Shown here piece after piece: positions 1-11,879 of a stretch of DNA of 64,000 nucleotides. Below the pieces are notes generated by a model that worked only from the letters and a program-made list of their open reading frames with translations, had not been told where the DNA came from and did not search any database. This DNA is from Dipteris shenzhenensis (lineage: Eukaryota): NCBI GenBank assembly GCA_047967505.1, contig CM106538.1. The stretch is one strand, 5' to 3'. A program made the position numbers and the translations under genes. Position 1 is the first letter of the stretch. Every line of letters begins with the position of its first letter.

Positions 1-3000
1 GCTCGGTACTCTGCCTCTGTAGATGAAAGGGCCACTGTGGGTTGCTTCTTACTTAGCCAAGAGATGGCACTAGATGCAAGTAAGAAACAATACCCTGTTG
101 TTGATCTCCTGGTGTCAGCATCACGCGCCCAATCACTGTCACAGAACCCGCCTAGTTCAATGCCTTTGGTATAGGTGATCTCGTAGGTGCAAGTACCCTT
201 TAGATACCTCAGCACTCGTAAACCTGCATCCCAATGACTCTTCCTAGGAGAAGCTGAGAACTGGCATAATCGCCCAACTGCATAACAAATATCAGGTCGA
301 GTATTGGTAAGGTCAACCAAACTTCCTACCAATTGTCAGTACAAAGGAGTATCGACCGGCTGAGATGTGTCGTGAACACTTAGCTTGAGCCCGACCTCCA
401 TGGGAGTTACTGCTGTCCTGCAATCCTCCATCTGAAATCTCTTTAGAAGTTCTCTGCAATATTTCTCTGTGAAATGAAGATCCTGTCTTTGGCCTGCTTT
501 ACTTCTATCCCAAGGAAGTAGTGTAATAACCCAAGGTCAGTCATCTCAAACTCAAACATGAGTAGCATCTTGACCTGAGAAATCTTCTTGACATGGTCAC
601 CTGTCAAGATAAGATCATCAACATAGAGGATGAGTACCAATCGTAACCCCTTCTCAATGAACAAGTAGAGGTTTGCTTCAGAAGGGCTCCGACTTAGCCC
701 TATCTTCAGAAAGAATGCATCAATCCTTTGGTACCAAGCTCTGGGGGCCTGTTTCAGCCTGTATAGCGCCTTCTTCAACCTGCAGACCTTTAATGGGGAC
801 CTTGGATCTTGAAAGCCCGGTGGCTGCTCTACGTATACCTCCAGGGTTCCATTAAGGAATGCGGACTTCATGTCTATTTGAAAAATAGGCCACTGGAATT
901 GGGCAGCAAGGTCAATCACTGTCCGGATAGTAACCATGCGAGCTGTGGGAGCAAAAGTTTCATCAAAATCCATGCCTTCAGTTTGAGCAAACCTTTGACT
1001 ACTAACCTTGCTTTATACTTATCCAAGCTGCTATCTGATTTGTATTTAAGTTTGTATACCCACTTAGTGCCGATGACTTTCCGTCGCGGGGACCTAGCCA
1101 CTAAGTCCCAGGTATTGTTCTTCAGGATAGCATCCATCTCTACTTGCATGGCAGCCTGCCATTCTGGATGGTCCTTTGCCTCCTCGAAGTCCTTGGCTCT
1201 TCAAGCTAAGCCACCAATGCAAAATTCATGGATGGGGTCTTCTGAAGACGTTGGGACCGTCGCAATCCGAAACTGCTACTCTCAGGTATTTCAGTGACCC
1301 GAGAGTCTTCCAATGTCTATAGGTACCGTTGGGGCAACCTCTTCTACTTCTCAGTGGGAGGAGGAACTGGAACTGCTTCTGGAACATCTTGCTCTTCCTC
1401 AGTACCTTGTGGAACATTAGCTTCCGATTTCACCACCTCTTGGATGGTCAAGCTGGGGCGGGGTGGGTTCGGGGGTTGAAAAATCTCCTCCTCCTCAATC
1501 TGAGGCTCCTCCTGGGGTTTAGGTTCCTTTTCCTCGAAGACAACATCCCGATTGATAAGGATCTGCTTCTTTACTGGGTCGAAGAGTCGATAGGCCTTGG
1601 ATTCTTCGCTATACCCAACAAAGATACATTTTCTGCTCTAAGAATCAAGCTTGGTCCTGTCTTCCTTGTGCACATGCGCCCATGCATTAGAACCAAAAAT
1701 GTGAAGAGAGTGATAGAGGGCTTCTTACCATAAAATGCCTCATATGGAATCGTGTCCTTGATGGCCTTCGTCTTGGTCCTATTGAGAATGTGTATGGCTG
1801 TGTTGATTGCTTCACTCCAATAGGCTTTAGAAATGTTCCTACCTTGGAGCATAGCAAGCCCTGTCTCTGTGGTGGTTCTATGCTTCCTCTCGGCTACCCT
1901 GTTTTGCTGAGAAGTATGTGTTGTGGTGAGTTGTCGCTTGATCCCATGCTTGCAACAAAATGTGTTGAACTCATTTGAGGTGAATTCTCCCCCCCTGTCT
2001 GTACAGAATGTCTGGACATCCTCCTCTGTCTCCTTTTCAACTCTGGCCTTCCAGTCTTTAAACTTCTTGAAAGCCTATGACTTTTTGGCCAAGCAATACA
2101 CCTAGGTCATTCTACTGAAATCATCCACAAAGAGAAGTGAGTACCTGGATCCTACCCACGATGCTGTAGACATTGGGCCACAAATGTTGGCATGAACCAA
2201 CTCAAGAGGTTTGCTGGTCCGAAACGAGGCCTCTTGTGGGAACTTGTCCCTGTGCTACTTGCCTTCTAGACAAGCCCTACAGACACCATCCTTGGCTGTA
2301 ATTGGTGGAAGTCCATCAGCCATCTTCGACTTTGACATTTCAGCCAAGGTTCCATAGCTGACGTGACCGAAGCACTCATGCCAAAGTTTGTACTTTTCGT
2401 TGTCTTCATGAACCAACATTGCACTGAGGCGGTACAGTCCGTTCTCTTCAATTCCTTGAGCCACCATCTGTCCATTGCTCTGGATGTCACGGTGACCTTG
2501 CCATCTTAAAAGAGAACTGCCATGTTGTTTTTGTCCATCTGACTTACAAACAGTAGGTTCTTGCAAAGGTTGGGTACATAAAGTACTCCAGAGATATCCT
2601 TCTCCTCACCCGCGGTTGTAATGAAAGGAATACTACCGATGCCCTTCACAGGACACATCCGGCTATCCCCGATAGAAACTTTGGAATCCGGGTGTGTACT
2701 TTCCATGGTTTTGAACCAAGTCTTTATGTTAGACATGTGCTTTGAAGCACCGCTGTCAACATACCAACCCTCTTTTCCTTCACTGACTGCATATGCTGAA
2801 CAATGTTCATTGATTAAAAACAACTGTCCAGTAGTCACATTGGCAGAATCATTCTTAGGCTCTTCTTTGTTCCTGGCTTCTCTCTTCCGCTTTTGATCCA
2901 CCTTCTTCTTTCAGCATTCTTTGGCGGAGTGGCCAAGCTTTTCACAGTAATAGCACTTCATTTTCTTCTTTCGGTCAGCGTCCTCTAACTTCTTGAACTC

Positions 3001-3889
3001 CTTTGGCTTGCCTTTTCCACGCTAGTCCTTGGCCACTAATGCCTTCTCGTCGGTTTGTGTAAAGAGTTTCTCTCGAGCCTCCTCCTGAAGTAGGAGTGGG
3101 CCAAGCTCCTCAAAGGTGATTAGCTTAGTCCGTTGACCCATAGTAACCGTAGTCACAAAACTTTTGAAACTCCGTGGCAACTTGTGGAGTGTGAGCAATG
3201 CCAATTGACTCGAGTCCACCTTCTGACCAACCGCTGCGAGCTGGTCCCGCACAACTTTCACCTTTGTCGGATGGTCATGCACACTATCATCCTCATTCAT
3301 ATCAAGATTATAAAGCTGGTGTTGAATAGTAATGATACAGGTTGTATTATCGGTTTTATACAGCTCCTTCAGTATGGCCCACACCTCTGAAGACGTCTCT
3401 ACCAACTGGATATGAGGAATCACAGCATCTGCTGTTGTGCCAATTAGCATTGCTAAGGCTTGAGCATCCCTCTCCTCCCATGCACTGAATTCATCCGCAT
3501 CTGCTTCAACTAAAACTTCACCTTTTTGTCCACAATGTCCTCCGGCTTCTCCTCGGTCCCAATCACTATCTTCCACAGCTTCCGTGCCAATAGATGGCTT
3601 CGGATCTTGACTTTCTAGATTGGACAGTTCGTCCCATCGAGCTTTCCAGATTCACCAAAATTGGGAATAAATGAAGAAGGAAGATGATTGGAGAAGGAGG
3701 AAGGACAAGCAGTGGGTGTAGAGGCTTCTGAACGTTGATCCATCTCAGTAAATAGCAAACTGAAAAACTGAAGCCAAAAAAGATGTATAGACCTCCTATG
3801 CTAGCCTGAGCTGAAAACAGAATGGCCTTTCTGCCAAGGGACTCCTTCCTTCAGAGAGTGCTTTGATCAAGAAGAGTTGAGAGCCTATG

Positions 3890-3901
3890 GCTCTGATACC
3901 A
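3890..3901 (-). other. tRNA-iMet primer binding site of copia A
   Basis: GCTCTGATACCA on + = TGGTATCAGAGC on -. Confidence 0.95.
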
Positions 3902-4395
3902 TGTTAGAAATCAAGAGGGAATGACTCACTCAAACCTCCACCCAAGATCTCTCCAACTCTTACACACACTCAACTCAGAAATAAATATGGACAGAGAGAG
4001 AGAGAGAGAGAGTATATTCATCCACCAGATGGTGGGCAGAAAAATAGCTCCAAGGGAGCAGTACAAAACACAGCAGACTGCTGGAGAAAACTGATGGACT
4101 CTCTCTCAATGGAGGAGTAGGCCTTTTATAGGCACTGCCCAGGCCCCTTGAGTTGACTGACCAACAGGGTCGGTACCCTGTCTGGTGGCAGACCATATGG
4201 GCCCTAGAAAACTGACCAGGGCCCTGGTTGGGCTGACTTGGCCTGCCACAGGCCCCTATATAAGGGTGCCCTGTGCATCCAGTCTTCTGCGCTGCTGCAG
4301 GAGCCTCATGTGAGGACTAAAGCCCTGTTTTACTTGCTGTTGCAGGCTGCAACCAGCCCGTGTGCTGGTCAGGTGGGCACAATGAGATTCTAACA
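3902..4395 (-). repeat. 5' LTR of copia A (494 bp)
   Basis: Begins TGTTAGAA and ends TTCTAACA (perfect 8-bp terminal inverted repeat); directly abuts the PBS. Confidence 0.9.
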
Positions 4396-5239
4396 ATAAG
4401 TGCATTGGACAAGAAAAAGCTTGGTAGAGTCTCTAGGTATGCTTAAGAAGCCTATCTTGGTGGATGATCCCATTGATCGAGCCTTTATTTGTTTGATGAG
4501 ATAATCAATCATGCCATGGCTTAGTTGAGTCTTTTAGCCAAGCCATAGGATTAGTTAGGTAGCCACCTCAATCCACAATCATGTAGGCCATAGTATAGCT
4601 AAGCATAGTAGTGCCAAGTAACAATACGTGTTAAAAGCATAAAACCTAGCCCAAACTGGCACATAGGAATGTAGATTGACATAGGAGTGTAGATTCACAT
4701 TCCTCAAACTAGCATGTGGGTGGTAGTGTGATTAGAATCGAGCGAAGCTCAAACTTTTTTATGGAGAGTAGATGGCAGATGAATTGTGATCAAAATACAT
4801 GTACTTAGCAACATCTTGTAGCATGTAAGAAGTTGACCAAGAAGAAGGAAGTCTAAGTTTATAGTAGTGAATAGGTGAAAAGCAAATCAAACAAAGCTTG
4901 CTTTATTAGCACTGCCTCCTTAGTGCTATAGTGGAGGATTGAAACTCTTTTGTGAATTTTCACGTTATTTTTTCTAGTCTATTTGGCCTCACACTTTATT
5001 AGCATTGCCTCTTAGGGGGAGTGCTATCGTGGAGAGTAATTGTTTTTTAAATAAGGTTGCATCTTGTTCTTTAAAAAATTAATGAAGTTGCATGTTTCAA
5101 ATTGAAACTTAGGGAGATCATCCAAGAAAAATTCCCTTCTAATAGCCTGATGCCCTTTAAAAAATTGTTTGCTTTCTCTTTTGCATCCAAAAGCGCTTGG
5201 TTTACCACTATATTAAGAGGCAGTGCCCACGCTCACTTC

Positions 5240-6397
5240 TGCACTTTTATTGAAGAAAGCTTACTTTTTCAAATAAAAGATTTCATTTTAAAAATAAACA
5301 AGGGGCTTGAGAAAGGCCAAAATCATCTTGTGGTGCTGACTTGGGAAGGTGTGTTAAAATCCTACTAAAAGGTGAAGGCATATATTAGTGTTGCAAGTAA
5401 AAGGAAAGTGTGTGTGTGGGAGGGGGGGCATGCACATGGGTGTGTTTGTGTGCGTGCGTGCACATGTGTGACATAGGCGCATGCCCATGCATATGCACAT
5501 AGGCATTGTAAGCTCATGGGCATGCTTGTATGCACAAAACTTGAACGAAAACTTCGCACATCTGGGTGTAGAAATAGTGGGCCCATTTCATGATTTTTGG
5601 TTGAGCAATCCTTGCCGATTGTTGTGGCACGATAGCCGCATGATGGTCTGTATGCTTGATTTGAGTTAGTAACTGGACATCCCTGGCCGATTTGATCATG
5701 TCCTCTTGAATGATATCGGTGAAATTTACGCGGCCTTTCTATCGTTTCGGTCATATCGGCATATCGGTCCTAGAATCTGCTCTAAGCCTCACACCTGTGC
5801 ATGCCTTCCTAAAATTATTGGCGGCCTGGCCCAACCCTACGTGGACCACATCAATGCTAAGTGATGATTTTTGGCCCTCACCTATGCGTTATGAAGGATG
5901 CACATTCAGATCTCCGTGTTGCAGATTTTGAACAACTCGCCCACCAAATCCATGTCGATGTGGCAAGGGAGGCGTTCGGTGATTGGCGATCAGTTGTAGC
6001 TCCGTTGTTGCGAGCAGGTGCCCCTGGATGGTGTTATCTCTCAAGATGTCGTAGGTTGCTGTAGTGTGACAACTCTCCCCTTTCCCCTCACCCTTTCATG
6101 TGCACTCTTCACGTCCCGCGTTTCATGAGTGCAACACACACGTTGCAACTCATGAAATGTCACATGAGGGCATGAGCCCATTACTAAACAAGAAGGTACT
6201 CAATGGGAAACCAAGAATGTCTCAAAATGCTTTACTTCCAAAGGTAAACGTATGAGAATGTACGTGTCACTACAGAAATGCCAACGTCGACTGTGAGTGA
6301 GTACCACTTCCCATATACTCACCCCACCTCAATAGAGCTTGAGCTCTTGCTCAAGTGTAAGGGGCGTAGACACAAAAGTCTAGCCTCAAACACGGTT
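5240..6397. repeat. Dispersed ~1.16-kb direct repeat, copy 1 (contains a decayed copia gag-like stretch on -)
   Basis: Colinear with 46891-48064 (shared AAAGGCCAAAATCATCTTGTGGTGCTGACTTGGGAAGG ... CTCAAACACGGTT). Minus-strand translation LEQELKLY...ILIRLPLEVKHFETFLVSH...VTFHEL resembles copia gag. Confidence 0.85.
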
Positions 6398-6869
6398 GAT
6401 GTGAATGAGTGACCACAAACACACGCAAAAGCCTAACCTCCATTCGGGAACGCTCTGAATGAGTGGCCGGCCACACACCCACTATGCTACTCATCTTCAA
6501 CTTCAAAACTTCACCTTCTCCTCATAACGGGGGGGCATTACAATGAAAGAATGACTCAAGTTGAGGGGAATTTCTTGTTAAACACACTAGCTAGAATATT
6601 TACAAAGAACACCTTTTGGCACAAACCTGTTTTGAATAGAAGCCCAAGTTCATGCCACACACAAATCTTTCTTTGGAGCATAAGTCTTGATGAGGGGGAT
6701 TAAAATCCATACACAACCAAGAGTAGATCCTCCTTGCCAAAACTTCCACCCCATAAGTAGTGTTACATCTGAATGAGCTGTTACCGCACCTGGCTAAAAT
6801 TTCCAACACACCCAAAGAAAATATTCACAAGCACGCCCCAACGGTGAGTTCACTATCACTGGAGCACCG

Positions 6870-9800
6870 ATGACGAGGTTCAGTGCTTCAAATAGTGAGA
6901 CATTATGGAGCCTGTTTTGTCGGATCTGCTTTGAAGTACCTGCGTTACCCAATGCTACGCCAAGCCAGTCTTTTTTCATTTGAACATTCTAGTTGGAGTT
7001 CACTTGTAATAGTTGGTACGATGATGAGTGTAAGGCCTTACACCGTCAACTCAGATTCGAAACCAAAAACAGTCTTCCGAGCACACTAGATACGCTACAT
7101 GAATACCGTAGACTGGTATGGAGGAAGAAACTAGACTTTATTCGTTGAAACGAGGAGGAGCTACTGAACATTTTGTTTAGTAACAACTCTAAGGACTTTT
7201 GGTGGAGATTTGTAGAAGGACGGTCCCCTCCGCCACTCACTGACACCCAGATCTGGTTTGATTATGCATGCACACTTTATGACATCCCAAATTAGCCAGT
7301 CCCTAGCCTCTCACACATGCCTCATCCTACATCCTGCACCCTCTTCACTAGAGGAGGGGTAAAGGATGCTGTAATGAAACTTCATAATCGTCGAGCGAAG
7401 GATCATGAGGGACTATGCACCGAGTTCATTGCATATGGGATTAACCTCCTAGCCCCGATCTTAGCAAAGCTTTTTAATGAAGCGGTTTGTTTGGGATTTC
7501 CACACACTTGGACCATTAATACTATCTCACCCATCCAAAAGGCAGGGGATCACATGAGCTCAGAGAACTACAGGACCATTATGATTGGACATGTCATGTC
7601 CAAGATTTATGCATCAGTACTTGACTCCGAGGTTAGCAAACTCACAGAGTGTCAAGGACTCAGCGCAGCAGGACAGGCCAGATTTCGGTGTGATCATGGA
7701 ACCATGGACCACATTATGATGCTCAGATGTATCATCGAGGAGGCGAGGTCACGGAAGCAGAGGGTTTATTGTTGCTTTGTGGATTTTTGCAAGGCATTTG
7801 ACATGATCCCGAGAGCCCCCCTCATATGGTGCCTACAGGAATTGGGTTATGACCAGGAGATCATTGGGCTATCATGGCACTTTACGAGAGAGTTTCTTGC
7901 AGAGTTCGGGTAGGATCCGGGTGGACAGACGAGATCATGAGTACGATCCAGGTCAAAGAAGGGTGTCCTTTGTCGCCTACCTTGTTTGGCCTCTACATTG
8001 GCGAGCTTGAGATAGTGATGCAGACACAGGGGGGTGTAAGTTGCTCTCTTGCAGGCACGCTGATCCAAATTTTGCTCTATGCAAATGACGTGGCTCTCTT
8101 GTCTTCCTCAGCAAAGGGGCTTCAGAGACACCTAGATGCACTACAGTCCTTTTGTGAGTCTCATGATTTGAAGGTCAACGTGGGTAAAACCAAGGTCATG
8201 ATCTTCAATACATCTCGAGCCATCATGCATCAGGAGCAGTTCACATTTGCGGGGTCATCTGTTGAGATAGTTTCATCATACACTTATCTTGGGGTTATCT
8301 TCTCCGGATCGAGCTTCACTATGAGACCGGCGATGTAGGCACGCTTGAGTAGAGGGTATGCCTCATTGGCCAGGCTAGAGAGGCAGTGCTTCCGCTCACA
8401 CTTTCAGGATCCACACACCAAGGGGTTTCTTTTTTACTCCTTGGCTCGCCCAGCGGGGATGTACAGCAGTCCTTGTTGGGGGCCAGACTTGTCGGATACA
8501 GAGTGGGCCCGTGTGGAGTAGCTACAAGTTCTCATGCTATCATAGATGATTCGTGGTAAGTCATCCGTTCCTCACCAGATCATTCAGGCTGAGTTTGGGT
8601 CACCCCCTTTACAGCTAGATGCTGCATTTCAGGTCATCACATATCTGTACCGAGTTAGGGAATATGGGAATTATACCTCAGGGCATAGCAGGCTACCATG
8701 GATAGCTCTATCCTCTTCTATGGCACTTGCAGCAGGAGGAGATTAGAGGTGCTAGTATGCACATACAGAGAGATGGTTTGAGCGACTAGGGCTCCACATG
8801 GATAGACTACCTCCCTTCCAGTATAGCATGGATGCTCCGTTCTCTCCCCTCTTATCACACGAGGTCAACCAGGTTATCCGTGAGGATCTACTACAGCTAC
8901 ACACTTTTCGGACCTGGTTGGAACCGAGTGAACTCCCAGTGAAGCTTAGCTTCTATAGAGATCACTTCTTACATATCACAGCGAAGGGTTTCATTGACCC
9001 ACCAGGATACACACAGATTCACCTACCCCACTCGATGAGGATCTCTCTTGGGCAGTTCCGGGTCTCTTCACACAGACTTCGTATTGAGAGCGGTAGAGCA
9101 GAGCGACTACCCAGGGAGCGGTGCATATGCACACTATGTGACATACAGGAGGTTGACAGAGGAGCATTTCATCTTCAGGTGTCCTGTGTACTATGAGATC
9201 CGAGGATGTTTCCACTGCCTCTTCAGAGATAGTTATGGGATTTTAGCCCATTTCCTCTCCTACCCAGACCAGCGGTGTTTGGCAGGTTTCATTCATGAGG
9301 CACTTAGACACCACGAGAGGATACTCCGAGCATGGAGACAGGAGTAGACTTCTTCCTCGGTTGATCGCTCTTAGAGCTCTATCACAGAGTTCTTTCAGCT
9401 AGATCACATGGACCCCAATGAGATGAGGCCTCGACATGACCGTGACCTGAAGCCCGTGACTCGATAGCTCAGACAGAGGGTCGACACACAGATCACACTT
9501 GGAGACACCCCCTCCTTGTTTAGAGTTGGAGCCCGACTGATGGGGGTCACAGTAGCCCTGGTTAGACATAGAGCTACGACCAGGAGACGTGCCAGGACCG
9601 CACCTCTGAGTGGCTGACAACACTCTATTGCCGACTTCATGCCTCCATTGCCTCATCCATCCTGATATCTTGCTGTTGCTGGGGATGGTGATGATATTGA
9701 TGATGATGCTGAGATTGATATATAGTCGACCATCGACATGACTATGTTGTACTTAGGACTTAGTACTGCCATTCTGCATTTTTTGCATTTTGCATTTTGC

Positions 9801-9924
9801 ATTGGTATGGACGCTCGTTTAGTAGCTCCACTACCACAGCTCATTGTATCAGGATTTTCACAGTCTCATAGACCCATCGGTCTTCCGAAGACTTTAATAA
9901 ACTTTCTTTCTTTCTTACTTTCTT
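6870..9924 (+). mobile_element. 5'-truncated RTE/RTEX-like non-LTR retrotransposon (decayed ORF2)
   Basis: SWYDDEC linker, RT motifs (NYRTI, CFVDFCKAFD, EGCPLSPTLF, LLYANDVAL, YTYLG), C-terminal RVSSHRLRIESGR..C.LC..EEHFIFRCPVY zinc finger, AATAAA then (TTTC)n tail. The 5' boundary is approximate. Confidence 0.88.
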
Positions 9925-11720
9925 GTGTTCACAATCATTTCCATTCTTGTTTCTACATGTGGTATAAGAGCTAGTCGACTCAGCCCACCTCCTTCCCACT
10001 CTCTTACGTGCTCCCATCGCAATCATGTCACGGAGAAGAAGGTTCCATCGCTTGGTGACTTTGTTTCAGCTCACCCACATCGTGTGAGAGGGAGAACTCA
10101 ACTTTCTGCCAAAATCACCAAGCGAGTTTGCCCTACAAAGTTCTCCCTCTCACACGACGTAAGCCCTACAACAGTCATAAAATCCGTACACTGTATGGAT
10201 TTTTTGCCTCACCACTAGTCCCTCTTGGGCCCCTTGAATATGTCGTACAATAGTTGTACACTGTACGGACTGCTATTGTATAGTCCGTAAACTGTACGGA
10301 CTGCTTAATAGTCCCACATAGCTCGCCATTTGCAGCTCGATAGCCCACCTTAGAGCCTCAACACTCAGCTCCACCTCTAGATGCTCTTGCCTACCATTTG
10401 GGCAGCAGGTGCTTGCATTTGATTCCCATTCAGCTCTCCTCGACCCTCACTTCATGCTCGATGCATTCTTCTCCTGAAGCCTCGCCATTTGCAGCCCATT
10501 TTGCCTCTACATTGCATCGACCTGTGTCTTGCAAGGTGCATTGCACATGTGACATTGCTTTGTGATAGTTTTGGGTTGCATTTCAATTTGCATAGTGTTC
10601 CACAGGTGTCTTGCGACTTGCATTGCATAGGTGACATTGCAATTTCAGCTTGGGAGTTGTGCATTTCAAGGCCAAGGATTGGTTGAAGGTGTATGCACAT
10701 TTTGGATGCTTTTTGAGCAAGTTTTTCCATTGCATCGTGAGCCAGTGATTGGCTGAGATTCAAGACAGTTTTGGGGCAGATTTTGGTTGCATTTGAGCTA
10801 GTGTTTGGCATTGCAATTTGAGCCAATGCTTGGCTGTGTTTGAGGACAAATTTTGGGATATATTTTTTGCACTTGTTTGCATTTTGTGTCCAAGGAAGGG
10901 ATTGTGATTGAGCAGAGTTTTTGGAATAGTTTTGCTATCATTTCCTTTGCAGATATCTTTGCAAGTATTTTGGAGCTGTTATTATGTCGCTCTGTGACAA
11001 TTTTGGGACCATGTCTGAGGCAGATAAGTTGGATGGACCCAACTATACCATTTGGTCTTTTATGCTAAAAAAATATCTTGGTTGGCAAAGGATTGTGGGA
11101 CATTGTGAGTGGAGATGAGACTAGGCCTAGTGGCGCCAGCTCTAGTGCATCCTCTACTACAACCGTACTCTAGGTTGTGCTCCCATTCAAGCTACTACTG
11201 GCATTTAGCCTCCCACGAAGGATCAGAAGCAATTTGATCGTAGAAATTCCCATGCACTATTCTTGGTTGCATTGAATGTCAAGAGACATATCTGGAGGAC
11301 TCTTGCAGGAATGCAAAGGATGCTTGGGATAGGCTATCCACCATGTACAATGTCAAGAACAAAGCACGCACCATTGCCTTGATAAATCAGCTCAATGACA
11401 AAGATGTAAGAGGATCAGATGGTCACTGAGCATATTGCACATCTCACTGATCTTAGGGATCAACTTGCCAATGTTGATGAGGAGATTGATGACAAGAAAA
11501 TAATCTCAATCACTCTCAATAGTTTGGTTGAATCCTTTGGCACTTTTGTCACTTCATTGACCATCATGTTCAAGGCAGCTCCATTGTAAGAGCTGGTTGG
11601 TTTGCTCTTACAAGAAGACGAGAGAACCTCTACCTTTGCCCGTTCCAAAGGCCAGGGTGCCTGCCACTCATGAGAAAGCAAAGTTTCAACCCAAGGGGCA
11701 AGGACACCCAAGAAGTGCTA
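9925..11720 (+). mobile_element. Copia remnant D: LTR tail, PBS, ~1-kb leader, decayed gag
   Basis: ...TTCTACA then TGGTATAAGAGC (PBS with 1 mismatch, 9960-9971). Gag-like KLDGPNYTIWSFML...GLWDIVSGDE...LRDQLANVDEEIDDKKIISITLNSL at ~11020-11630. Confidence 0.8.
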
Positions 11721-11879
11721 AAATGTATCATATACATCATTCTTCTACCAAATCGGATATACCCATATGTACTTTGTAGCAACATCAATAAATGTCACAA
11801 AGTAAGAGGTGCCACCCAGTGAAACGGTAGGCATAGGCCTACAAACTGCACTATGAACCAACTGCAATGGCTCAACATA

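Larger units (their letters stand above)
1..4395 (-). mobile_element. Ty1/copia LTR retrotransposon A (decayed; 3' end runs off the window)
   Basis: Minus-strand order LTR-PBS-gag (3022-3576, UBN2-like)-protease (WYVDSGASKHM, 2506-2901)-GAG-pre-integrase/integrase (LWHECFGH; YWSEAINTA)-RT (KNNTWDLV, LYVDDLILTG)-RNaseH start. Multiple stops and frameshifts. Confidence 0.95.
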
